The translations under genes were made by a program, and so were the position numbers. A stretch of DNA of 64,000 bases, from positions 160,001 to 224,000 of the forward strand of contig CAWFOM010000010.1 in NCBI GenBank assembly GCA_963817385.1, in the 5' to 3' direction. This DNA is from an uncultured delta proteobacterium. GTDB lineage: Bacteria; Desulfobacterota; Syntrophia; Syntrophales; UBA5619. The stretch's first letter is position 1. Every line of letters starts with the position of its first letter. Positions 39,942 to 49,435 of the stretch are shown here, piece by piece. The notes beneath the pieces were generated by a model that worked only from the letters and a program-made list of their open reading frames with translations, had not been told where the DNA came from and ran no database searches.

Positions 39942-39992
39942 TTGACAGTCGATAAATAATAAGATAGCAATCTAATCATGACCATCAGTCAT
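39942..39992 (+). promoter_or_regulatory. sigma70 promoter with downstream palindromic operator (candidate TetR site)
   Basis: TTGACA 39942-39947, -10-like TAGCAA 17 bp later, then ATGAC-CATCA-GTCAT (39978-39992). Confidence 0.6.
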
Positions 39993-40208
39993 ATATTGAC
40001 CGTTGTTCAGAGTCTGTTTGCCGATCATACATCTTGCAATTACAAACCGCAGTGGACAGGCCCTGCGTAACTGGAACCGAGCTCATCTCATTTCTATGAT
40101 CCCTGCGGATATGCTACAGCAGGTTGAGGTCGTTGTGGCAGTCATTGGAGGACCGGTTATACGGGTACGTGAAATAAGACGATTCATTTGCACAGAAGGA
40201 CTTAAATT

Positions 40209-40850
40209 GTGGGATTGAAAGAAAGAAGGAAAAGGGAAAAGGATAACAGGAGAAATGCCATCCTGAAGGCAGCTCGACGCCTTTTTTTTGAGAAAGGCTT
40301 CAAGTCGGTTACCGTCGAGAGCATAGCCAGAAAAGCTGAGCTGAGCAAAGGTTCGATTTACCTTTATTTCAACAGCAAGGAGGAAATTTATACCCAAATA
40401 CTACTCACCGATATCGAAAGATTCCACGAACATTTTACCGATCTGCTCAAGGACTCTGCTAGCGCGTCCGATGCCCTCATCCGATTTGCCAGAATCTATG
40501 TTGATTTATTTCTGAACGATCGAGAACTGTTCAGGATATTGATGACCTTCATGCTTCATACCAACGATATGAACCTACCGGAAGAGTTGAACAATCATAT
40601 CATCAAGAGTACCAACAGAAACATCAGCATCATCGAAGAGGTATTCATGTTCGGCATTCGACAGGGTGAATTCCCCCCGACGATCAATGTCCGCCTGAAT
40701 CGGAATGCCATCTGGGGGTTGCTCAACGGTATCATTTCCCTTCATCTCTTTACGGGCATCGAATCCAAGCGGGTTGAGGCAATTCAAAACACCTTAAAGG
40801 TGGGACTTGATATCTACATCCGGGGTCTTAAAATTTCCGATCAACCGTGA
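40209..40850 (+). CDS. TetR/AcrR family transcriptional regulator
   Basis: RRKREK..RR..IL.AA..LF..KGF..VTVESIA..AELSKGSIYLYF.SKE HTH. Confidence 0.93.
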   Translation: MGLKERRKREKDNRRNAILKAARRLFFEKGFKSVTVESIARKAELSKGSIYLYFNSKEEIYTQILLTDIERFHEHFTDLLKDSASASDALIRFARIYVDLFLNDRELFRILMTFMLHTNDMNLPEELNNHIIKSTNRNISIIEEVFMFGIRQGEFPPTINVRLNRNAIWGLLNGIISLHLFTGIESKRVEAIQNTLKVGLDIYIRGLKISDQP

Positions 40851-41041
40851 TGATATCCCGGGATGGATTAAACAGGGAAGATTCCGGTTCATTGTGTGGT
40901 ACATAAATTCATATTCAGCATCGAGTCTCCACAGGAATCATTTCAACCTCCGACATGAATGACACCCATCATCGTGCCACGGGAAGAATGTAGGTTTCTT
41001 GAACATGTATCTTCGACAAAAAAAGAAAGGGGGGTTACGCT

Positions 41042-42901
41042 ATGAGCAACTTGTTGGTGAACGAAAGAGACCAGGAGTTCCTTCTTTTTGAGCAACTTGG
41101 GATCGAGAAGTTGTTTCAGATGGAGCCGTTCAAGGATTTTTCCAAAGATGATGCCTTGATGATGATGAATGAGGCAAAGAAGATGGCGGTCAATGTTATC
41201 CTCCCCACCTATGCTGCCGGCGACAAGGAAGGATGCACGTTGAAGGATGGAAAAGTCACCGTACCGAAATGCTATCACAATGCTTATAAGAAATATGTTG
41301 AGGCCGGTTGGCTCTGTCCCACGGCGTCGCCTGAAGTCGGCGGTCAGGGGATACCGGTCGTTATGGCAACGGCGAACCTGGAACAGTGTCACGCAGCCAA
41401 TTTCGCCTTACTGATGTATCCCGGGCTCACCCACGGGGCAGCAACCTTGATCGAGCATTTCGGGACAGAGGAACTGAAGAATAAATACATGTACAAGATG
41501 TTTGCCGGTCAGTGGACGGGGACGATGTGCCTGACCGAACCCGGTGCAGGGAGCGATGTCGGGGCGTTGAAGACATCGGCCAAAAGACTACCCGACGGAA
41601 ACTTCAGCATCACCGGATCAAAATGCTTCATATCCTGTGGGGACCATGATCTTGCCGAAAACATCATCCATCCTGTCTTGGCCAGGATCGAGGGAGATCC
41701 TCCGGGGACCGGGGGGATCTCAATTTTCATCGTGCCTAAGTATCGAGTTAAAACTGACGGCAGTATCGGGGACGCGAATGACGTTCATACCGGCAATATC
41801 GAACACAAGATGGGAATCAAGGGATCGGCTACCTGCACGCTCAATTTCGGTGACGAGGGGAAATGCATCGGCGAACTCCTCGGCAAAGAGCGGGAGGGTA
41901 TGAGGATCATGTTCCTCATGATGAACGGTGCCCGTCTCGATGTTGGCATGCAGGGCCTTGGTCATGCATCGGCCGCGCTGGAGCATGCCATTGCCTACGC
42001 GAAGGAGAGGATTCAGAGCGTGCCGGTCTGGGAGATGAAGAACCCCGACGCCAAGGCCGTCCCCATCATCCAGCATCCGGATGTCCGTAGGGATCTCCTC
42101 TGGATGAAGGCGCATGTCGAAGGGATCAGGGCGATGAACTACTTTGCGGCCTACTGCATGGACATGGCAAAAGCATTCCCGGCTGAATGCGAGAAATGGC
42201 AGGGACTTTTGGATCTCCTCACCCCGGTTTGCAAGGCCTATTCCTCCGACAAGGCGATGGAGATCTGTTCCAAGGCGATCGATGTCTATGGCGGTTATGG
42301 GTACTGTCAAGAATACCCAGTGGAACAATACATGCGGGATTGCAAGATTGCCTCCCTCTATGAGGGAACAAACGGCATTCAAGCCCTCGATCTGGTCGGC
42401 CGGAAGCTCGCACAGAAAAAGGGTATGAACGTTATGAACCTCTTTAGCGAGATCGGAGCGACTATTGCCAAAGCGAAGGGAATTGATGAACTTAAGCCTT
42501 ACGCATCCCGCCTCGAGGAAGCCTACAATGCCCTGGTCGATATGACCATGACACTGGCACAGCTTGGCAAGAGCTCCAGTTTCCTCATCCCGATTCTGAA
42601 TGCTTCGCCTTACCTCGATATCTTCGGGGATGTCATCGTCGGTCATTTCTTGCTCCAGTCGGCCACTCTTGCCGAGGAAAAACTCAAGGCGATCTATACT
42701 GAGAAGGGGGCTGATGACTCAAAGGGGAAGCAGCGGGCATTGATTCACGAGAACGGCGATGTCGCCTTCTATACCGGCAAGATTGCTGCGGCGAAGTTTT
42801 TTGCCGTCGAGGTGCTCTGTACGGTGAAAGCGCGATGTGAGGCGATAAAATCCGAGGAGAAGATTCCTATTGAAATGGCTGACGAATCCTTCACCTGCTG
42901 A
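41042..42901 (+). CDS. Acyl-CoA dehydrogenase (long, FadE-like)
   Basis: GTMCLTEPGAGSDVG, GSKCFIS, EHKMGIKGSAT, MMNGARL, GGYGY, YEGTNGIQALDL. Confidence 0.95.
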   Translation: MSNLLVNERDQEFLLFEQLGIEKLFQMEPFKDFSKDDALMMMNEAKKMAVNVILPTYAAGDKEGCTLKDGKVTVPKCYHNAYKKYVEAGWLCPTASPEVGGQGIPVVMATANLEQCHAANFALLMYPGLTHGAATLIEHFGTEELKNKYMYKMFAGQWTGTMCLTEPGAGSDVGALKTSAKRLPDGNFSITGSKCFISCGDHDLAENIIHPVLARIEGDPPGTGGISIFIVPKYRVKTDGSIGDANDVHTGNIEHKMGIKGSATCTLNFGDEGKCIGELLGKEREGMRIMFLMMNGARLDVGMQGLGHASAALEHAIAYAKERIQSVPVWEMKNPDAKAVPIIQHPDVRRDLLWMKAHVEGIRAMNYFAAYCMDMAKAFPAECEKWQGLLDLLTPVCKAYSSDKAMEICSKAIDVYGGYGYCQEYPVEQYMRDCKIASLYEGTNGIQALDLVGRKLAQKKGMNVMNLFSEIGATIAKAKGIDELKPYASRLEEAYNALVDMTMTLAQLGKSSSFLIPILNASPYLDIFGDVIVGHFLLQSATLAEEKLKAIYTEKGADDSKGKQRALIHENGDVAFYTGKIAAAKFFAVEVLCTVKARCEAIKSEEKIPIEMADESFTC

Positions 42902-43017
42902 ACCGGAAGGGGCAAAAACCCTAACATATGGTGCGTCGATGAGTGCGTGGCGGGCGCCAATTGGATCTGCGGACATAAATCGGCAGCCCGTACGCAGAGC
43001 GAACAAGGAGGAAGATT

Positions 43018-45438
43018 ATGGCGTACGAAATCAAGAAAGCGGCCGTCTTGGGTGCGGGAGTTATGGGCGCCACAATTGCCGCCCATCTGACAAATGCAGG
43101 GATCGAATGCGATTTGCTGGATATCATTCCTTTTGAACTGACCGATGCCGATAAGGCGCAAGGATTAACGGAAAAGAGTCCCGCATGGCGGAACCGCTTC
43201 GCGGCAAACGGCCTGGCCGGTGTTTTGAAATCGAAACCCGCCGGCCTCTTCACCAAAAAGAATGCCTCGATGATCCGCGTGGGGAATTTTGAAGACAACC
43301 TCGTCTGGCTCGCCGATGTCGATTGGATCATCGAAGTCGTCATCGAGAACCTGAAGATCAAACAGGAACTCTTTGCCAAAGTTGAGAAGATAGTGAAATC
43401 CGATTGTATCGTAACGACAAATACTTCCGGAATACCCATCAAGGATATCACGGCCAATTTCGGGTCGAAACTGAAGGAACGTTTTCTCGGGACCCACTTC
43501 TTCAATCCGCCCCGCTATATGAAGCTGTTGGAAATCATACCGGGTACAGAGACAAGACCCGAGGTTGTGGCGTACATGACGCGGTTCTGCGAGCAGGTCC
43601 TGGGAAAAGGCGTTGTGATCTGCAAAGACGTCCCCAATTTCATCGGTAACCGAATCGGCTCGTTTGACATCTCCAACGCCATCCGCATCATGGTGGAAAA
43701 GAACCTGAAAATCGACGAGTTGGATGCAATTATCGGCAAGGCCCTGGGAAGGCCCGGGTCAGCCATCTTCGGGACGCTAGATCTGGTTGGCCTCGATACT
43801 GCACATCACGTCTCGACGAATCTGTATGCGGCGGTGCCGGATGATGAGATGCGGGAGATATTTGCCCCCAGCGAGTTGATGAAAAAGATGATGGAACTCA
43901 AGTGGCTCGGTAACAAGACAAAGCAGGGCTTTTATAAGCGGACGAAAGGTTCCGATGGCAAGAAGGGAAAGCTCGTCCTCGACTACCATACGATGGAATA
44001 CGTGCCGTCCGGAAAGCCACGGTTTACCTCCGTTGCGGATGCAAAGAAAAAAGCGGATGAAGGCGTCTCCGCTACGGTGAAGGTGATGTTCAACGGGAGC
44101 GATATAGCAGCCGAAGTGACACGTGAGTACCTCTGCAACAATTTTATTTACGCCGCCAACCGGATCCCGGAGATCAGCGAGACCATAGTTGGCATCGACA
44201 ACGCTATGAAGTGGGGCTACAACCACCAACTGGGTCCCTTCGAGACTTGGGATGCCGTCGGCGTGCGTGACGCTGTCGAGATCATGAGAAAGCTCAAGAA
44301 AAAGATCCCCAAGAAGATCGAGGAGATGCTCAAGAAAGGCTTTGAATCCTTCTATACGAAAAGAGAGGATGGCCTCTATTTTTATGATATCGAGAAGAAG
44401 GATTATGTAAAACTAGAAGCTAACCCCCGGATCATCCTCCTTCCCGATCTAAAGGAACAAAACAAGGTGGTCAGGAAGAACGCGAGCGCGACGCTTGTCG
44501 ATATCGGCGACGGTGTTGCGTGCCTGGAATTCCACTCCAAGATGAACGCCGTCGACCCCGGGATGATCGAGATGATCCACGAGAGCTGCTCTATCGTGGA
44601 GAAGGATTTCGTCGGGATGGTTGTCGGAAACCATGGGACGAATTTCTCCGTAGGGGCGAACATTTTTCAGGTGCTCATCGGCATCCAGCGGGGGGATTGG
44701 GACATCATCGAGAAGGGGATCGTGGCCTTACAGTCGGCCAACATGCGGATGAAGTACCTCTCTAAACCCGTGGTCAGCGCCCCGGCGGGCATGGCGCTCG
44801 GCGGCGGCTGCGAGATGGCGATGCACGCGGCAAAGTGCCAGCCCTGCGGCGAGACCTACATCGGCCTCGTCGAGGTCGGGGTGGGCGTTATCCCTGCCGG
44901 AGGCGGCTGCAAGGAGTTGATGGTGCGCATGACGGAAGGCCTGCCCGACGGAGTCATCGATGCCGGCATGAACCTTCAGCAGCTTTATGCCAAGGCCTTC
45001 GAGAACATCGCCATGGCCAAAGTGGCGACGAGTGCCGTCGAGGGGATGGAACTCGGTTACATCCGTAAGACGGAAAACATCAGCCTTGGCAGGGATCAGC
45101 AGCTCTGGGATGCCAAGCAAGTGGTCTTGGGACTTGATAAATTCTACAGGAAACCGAAACCGGTACTCATCCCGGTCATGGGCGAGAATTTCCGCGGGAT
45201 GGCCGAGGCGGTCCTCTACAACATGCGGCACGGCAACTTTGCGACGGATTACGATCTCCATGTCGCCCGAAAAGTCGCCCATATCCTCTCCGGCGGCGAC
45301 TGCGCCGAAGGGACGCTGGTGACCGAAGAGGAAATCCTCGCGCTCGAACGGGAAGCCTTCCTGAGCCTCTGCGGAGAGAAGAGAACACAGGACCGGATCA
45401 TGTATATGCTCAATACCGGTAAGCCGTTGCGTAATTAA
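43018..45438 (+). CDS. 3-hydroxyacyl-CoA dehydrogenase / enoyl-CoA hydratase fusion (FadN-like)
   Basis: VLGAGVMG, TNTSG, HFFNPPRYMKL, NFIGNRIG; crotonase part NFSVGAN, ALGGGCE, GLVEVGVG; ends GKPLRN. Confidence 0.95.
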   Translation: MAYEIKKAAVLGAGVMGATIAAHLTNAGIECDLLDIIPFELTDADKAQGLTEKSPAWRNRFAANGLAGVLKSKPAGLFTKKNASMIRVGNFEDNLVWLADVDWIIEVVIENLKIKQELFAKVEKIVKSDCIVTTNTSGIPIKDITANFGSKLKERFLGTHFFNPPRYMKLLEIIPGTETRPEVVAYMTRFCEQVLGKGVVICKDVPNFIGNRIGSFDISNAIRIMVEKNLKIDELDAIIGKALGRPGSAIFGTLDLVGLDTAHHVSTNLYAAVPDDEMREIFAPSELMKKMMELKWLGNKTKQGFYKRTKGSDGKKGKLVLDYHTMEYVPSGKPRFTSVADAKKKADEGVSATVKVMFNGSDIAAEVTREYLCNNFIYAANRIPEISETIVGIDNAMKWGYNHQLGPFETWDAVGVRDAVEIMRKLKKKIPKKIEEMLKKGFESFYTKREDGLYFYDIEKKDYVKLEANPRIILLPDLKEQNKVVRKNASATLVDIGDGVACLEFHSKMNAVDPGMIEMIHESCSIVEKDFVGMVVGNHGTNFSVGANIFQVLIGIQRGDWDIIEKGIVALQSANMRMKYLSKPVVSAPAGMALGGGCEMAMHAAKCQPCGETYIGLVEVGVGVIPAGGGCKELMVRMTEGLPDGVIDAGMNLQQLYAKAFENIAMAKVATSAVEGMELGYIRKTENISLGRDQQLWDAKQVVLGLDKFYRKPKPVLIPVMGENFRGMAEAVLYNMRHGNFATDYDLHVARKVAHILSGGDCAEGTLVTEEEILALEREAFLSLCGEKRTQDRIMYMLNTGKPLRN

Positions 45439-45513
45439 CCGGGACGGAGGGCGGCGGCCTGGAGCGAGGAATGTGAACGCCGCCTATCCGGGCCTTTGTA
45501 AAGGAGGAATACC

Positions 45514-46710
45514 ATGAGTGATGCTGTGATTGTCAAAGCGGTCAGAAGTCCCGGCGGGCGGTATAAAAGGGGCGGACTTGCAGCCACGAGGGGGGATGAG
45601 ATCGGGATCCAGGTCATGAAGGGCCTTCTGGCCCGCGTTCCCGAACTCAAACCGGAGGATGTGGATGATGTGATCGTCGGATGTTCCTTTCCCGAGGCTG
45701 AGCAGGGGGTGAATCTCGGCCGGATTATCGCCATGGGTGCCGGCCTGCCGATCACGACCTCCGGGATGACGATCAACCGGTTCTGCTCTTCCGGCCTCCA
45801 GTCGATCGCCGATGCTACCGCCAAGATCCGTGCGGGATGGTCCGAGGTGATGATCGCCGGTGGGTGCGAAACCATGTCCCACATCCCGATGGGAGGGAAC
45901 ACCGCCCGCCCCAACCCTGACTGGGCCTTCGACGGGTCTATGCCCATGGTATACATTTCCATGGGTGTGACAGCCGAGAATGTGGCCGCCACCTACAATG
46001 TTTCTCGCGAAGACATGGACAAGTTCGGCATGGAGAGCAACCGCAGGGCATACGAGGCGATCAAGGCGGGAAAGTTCAAAGAAGAGATCGTTCCGATTTC
46101 GGCCTACCGGTACAAGGTCCTCAAGAACGGCAAGCGCGTGCGGGATAAGGTGGTCTTCGATACGGATGACGGTGTGAGATGGCCGACCAAGCTGGAAGAG
46201 ATGGCAAAATTGAAATCCCCATTCAAGCAAGGGGGGAACGTCACCGCGGCAAACTCCTCGCAGATGACGGACGGGGCAGCCTTCTGCCTGCTGATGACTG
46301 CGGAAAAGGCGAAGGCCATCGGTGTCCGGCCGATTGCCAGACTTGCCTACTTCGCCGTTGCGGGTTGCAAGGCGGAGGAGATGGGCGTCGGACCGGCATA
46401 TGCGATTCCCAAGGTCCTGAAGATGGCGGGGCTCACAACGAAGGATATCGATGTGTTCGAGATCAACGAGGCCTTTGCCTCGCAGGCCCTCTATTCGATT
46501 CGGGCGATCAGGATCGAGGATCGGCTTATGGCTGGGGATATCAATCCCAATGGCGGCGCCATTGCCCTCGGACATCCCCTAGGGTGCACAGGCGCAAAAC
46601 TGACTGCCCAGCTCCTCCATGAGCTAAAGCGGCGGAAGGTGAAAAGAGGAGTTGTCTCCATGTGTATCGGTGGCGGAATGGGTGCTGCGGGAATCTATGA
46701 AATGCTGTAG
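45514..46710 (+). CDS. Acetyl-CoA C-acyltransferase (thiolase)
   Basis: NRFCSSGL, TAANSSQMTDGA, EINEAFA, GGAIALGHPLG, MCIGGGMG. Confidence 0.95.
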   Translation: MSDAVIVKAVRSPGGRYKRGGLAATRGDEIGIQVMKGLLARVPELKPEDVDDVIVGCSFPEAEQGVNLGRIIAMGAGLPITTSGMTINRFCSSGLQSIADATAKIRAGWSEVMIAGGCETMSHIPMGGNTARPNPDWAFDGSMPMVYISMGVTAENVAATYNVSREDMDKFGMESNRRAYEAIKAGKFKEEIVPISAYRYKVLKNGKRVRDKVVFDTDDGVRWPTKLEEMAKLKSPFKQGGNVTAANSSQMTDGAAFCLLMTAEKAKAIGVRPIARLAYFAVAGCKAEEMGVGPAYAIPKVLKMAGLTTKDIDVFEINEAFASQALYSIRAIRIEDRLMAGDINPNGGAIALGHPLGCTGAKLTAQLLHELKRRKVKRGVVSMCIGGGMGAAGIYEML

Positions 46711-46810
46711 GAAAATGCGCAACCTGCTCTCCTGATGAAGATGAAGCGGAATCTATCATGTTCACGTTCAAGCTGAGTCAGCGCTCCCATGTACGCCGTA
46801 AACCGAACCG

Positions 46811-46842
46811 AAAAAGCCATGGTCGAAAGATCATGGCTTTTT
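46811..46842 (+). terminator. Rho-independent terminator (potentially bidirectional)
   Basis: AAAAAGCCATGGTC-GAAA-GATCATGGCTTTTT. Confidence 0.85.
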
Positions 46843-46944
46843 CTCTTTAGATGATGTAGCCGGGTTGATCGAAAAAAGAAAGAAAGATGCGTGCTTTTTA
46901 ATGCCTTTCGTTCTTGTCGAACCTTACGTATATATTGCAACTAA

Positions 46945-47410
46945 CCGAAGATACATATCTTTTTTGAAGAGACGCTTTTTTTGATCTGGGGGATCGGGAG
47001 TTTACCACCACAACATAAGAATGTATCGGGTTTAGCAGATGATTTGTTTAGACCGGATCATCTCGGAAACGGCACGAGCCCTCTCGCTCAAGGGGACGGG
47101 TCTGCTCTGCCATTTACCCAACCTTCTCCTTCCTCTCTGTTGGGAAGCAATGGTCACCCGTTGTTTGGAAAACCAATTCTACTCAATTACAGTCAACCGG
47201 ATAGGGACGGAAATCCGGGGCAATAAATTTCTTTATTTCACCGGAAAAAGCCAAATCACGGGACCGGATGGTTCGACCCTCAATCGAGCAGATGAGACCT
47301 CGGAAAAGTCGGTGTGGCCGATATGGATAGAGAGCGGGTACGTGAAAAGGCAATCAAACCTTTCAACGTTCTATCCTGCAGCAGAAGGACCGAATATTAT
47401 GCTGAATTGA
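46945..47410 (+). pseudogene. Degraded C-terminal half of a nitrilase-family hydrolase
   Basis: Fragments KIHIFFEE, ICLD...ETARALSLKG, AMVTRCLENQFYSITVNRIGTE, FTGKSQITGPDG; no N-terminal half or start, several frame breaks. Confidence 0.7.
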
Positions 47411-47480
47411 TGAAACCAACACATCCATGATTTTTCTCTTGAAAAGGAGAGTACGTTAGGATATAGGTTACGCCACTTGT

Positions 47481-47555
47481 GGGCGGTTAACTCAGCGGGA
47501 GAGTGCTACCTTCACACGGTAGAAGTCACTGGTTCAATCCCAGTACCGCCTACCA
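47481..47555 (+). tRNA. tRNA-Val (anticodon CAC)
   Basis: GGGCGGT/ACCGCCT acceptor stem, D-arm ACTC/GAGT, anticodon arm CTACC-TTCACAC-GGTAG, GGTTCAATCC T-arm, encoded CCA; upstream TTGAAA-17-TATAGG. Confidence 0.96.
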
Positions 47556-47778
47556 TGAAAATCAAGGGGGAGATACGGTAGGTATCGTATCCCTATTTTT
47601 ATAGTACCATTCTATTTCTGACACGTAACGGCGAAACAAAAACTCCTTGACATGCACGACCGCTTTTCCTATCCTCGAATCATCGATACACAACTTATTG
47701 TCAGATCAGTTACACAATGTATGACATGAAGAATTGAGCACGATTGCAATAGCTCCCTTTGAATCGCTTCGGGTTGTA

Positions 47779-47845
47779 TCCCCCGCAGCTTGCTGCGAGT
47801 CGCATCACGGAACTCAGATTAATGCCCGCTCTTTGCGGCGGGGGC
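47779..47845. repeat. Pair of short GC-rich palindromes (REP-like), related to one at 18401-18422
   Basis: CCCCGCAGCTTGCTGCG and AATGCCCGCTCTTTGCGGCGGGG; compare GCCGCGGCAAGCCGCAGGGAAT at 18401. Confidence 0.5.
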
Positions 47846-47933
47846 GGGCGTTTTATTAAAACGATTGGTAAATCTGCCTGATTTAGCGAACAGATATCGA
47901 AAAGGTCAGGTCGACGGTAGGGGAGGCTTTAAT

Positions 47934-49337
47934 ATGGATATAAACTGTTTCACCAAGAAACTTGCTCACATTATTGCTAAGGATACTCCACTAAACAATA
48001 TTCCTCTTGAAGATCTCCTTGCTGCAATTCCTCGCATTGATCAGCTAACAGATGTTCCTGAAGGCCACGTTGTTTTGATCCGGTCTGATCTCGATACCCC
48101 CATTAAGAATAATGAAGTAGAAGACATAGCTCGCTTGGAATCAATCACAAAGACCGTCGAATATTCTTTATCAAGAAACTGGACAATCATTTTGTTTGGT
48201 CATATAGGACGAGATAAAAAAAATACACTGAAGCCCGTATGCAGTGCATTGGGTACTCTTCTGAAAAAAGACATTAAATTTATAGCTGATTGGATAGATG
48301 AACAATCGTATTGTTTAAAGCAGGAAGCGATAGATCGCATTCGATCTGCCAAGCCAGGCAGCATTTTTATGTTGGAGAATGCGAGAAAATATCAAATTGA
48401 ATGTGCACTTTGGAAGGCAGATAACGGCACATTCCGTGACATGAGTAAAAAGATGTATAGACTGAGCGAAGATGTAGTTACAAGACTTTCTGATGTCGAA
48501 GTTAACGAATCAATTGCCGCTTCAAACCTGGACTATTCCTCCTGTGTGCTCCCCCTGTTTATGAAAAAGACTGGACTGGGATTTTTTATTGATAGTGAAA
48601 TGAAGACGCATATTAAAAAAGTGCGAGAAGCCGACTTTGTTGTCTTCAGCGGACTTAAAATTGACAAATTGGATGATTTGCAAGGGATAATAGAACGTGA
48701 CCATTTGAGAAAAATAATATCTGCAGGATCTTTGGCGATGGCGTTAAAAAAGGCTGCTGCACAATTGGCGGGAAAAGACTTTTGTATAGGCTTGGCTGAA
48801 AACGATAAAACCCAAAAATATTTTATTGACAACAAACGCATAGAACAAGCGAAGCATATTATTCAAAAATGTCGCGAGAAATCCATCGAATTGATTTTAC
48901 CAGTCGATTTTATACTTGATAATGGTTTAGTATCAAAGGAAATACCATCGGATAGAGCTCAAATGGATATAGGACCGGAAACGGTACAAATATTTAAAAT
49001 GGTTCTTTACAATTATATCAAAGAGCGTGGATCATCTTCACAACGATATGTGTTTTTTTACAACGGGGTATTTGGGAAATTTGAAGACCCTCGTTATGAA
49101 AATGGAACAAGGGAGTTTATAAGCGTATTGAAGGATCTTACTCATTCTGGTATAGACACTTATGTAGGTGGAGGTGAGGGAAGATTAGCCCTGTTGAAAT
49201 ATGGTACTTTAGATGACGTTACTCATTCGTTTACCAGTGGAGGAACAGTATTAAAATCACTTACGAATAATCACATCGGTTATTTAAAATCATTATATTT
49301 GCAAAACTATGCGGACCCTAACATACTTGGAAAATGA
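47934..49337 (+). CDS. Divergent phosphoglycerate kinase-like protein
   Basis: PGK layout: LIRSDLDTP, GHIGR, MLEN.R, LPVDF, MDIGPET, NGVFGKFE, VGGG; several conserved residues altered; AT-rich. Confidence 0.8.
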   Translation: MDINCFTKKLAHIIAKDTPLNNIPLEDLLAAIPRIDQLTDVPEGHVVLIRSDLDTPIKNNEVEDIARLESITKTVEYSLSRNWTIILFGHIGRDKKNTLKPVCSALGTLLKKDIKFIADWIDEQSYCLKQEAIDRIRSAKPGSIFMLENARKYQIECALWKADNGTFRDMSKKMYRLSEDVVTRLSDVEVNESIAASNLDYSSCVLPLFMKKTGLGFFIDSEMKTHIKKVREADFVVFSGLKIDKLDDLQGIIERDHLRKIISAGSLAMALKKAAAQLAGKDFCIGLAENDKTQKYFIDNKRIEQAKHIIQKCREKSIELILPVDFILDNGLVSKEIPSDRAQMDIGPETVQIFKMVLYNYIKERGSSSQRYVFFYNGVFGKFEDPRYENGTREFISVLKDLTHSGIDTYVGGGEGRLALLKYGTLDDVTHSFTSGGTVLKSLTNNHIGYLKSLYLQNYADPNILGK

Positions 49338-49435
49338 ATGAGTGAGTGAATGAAACTCCTCTCGTTTAACCGATAACGCCTTCCGTAAGTCATCCACGGG
49401 TAGATCTCATCTACAGAAAAGCAGGTTATGTAGCA

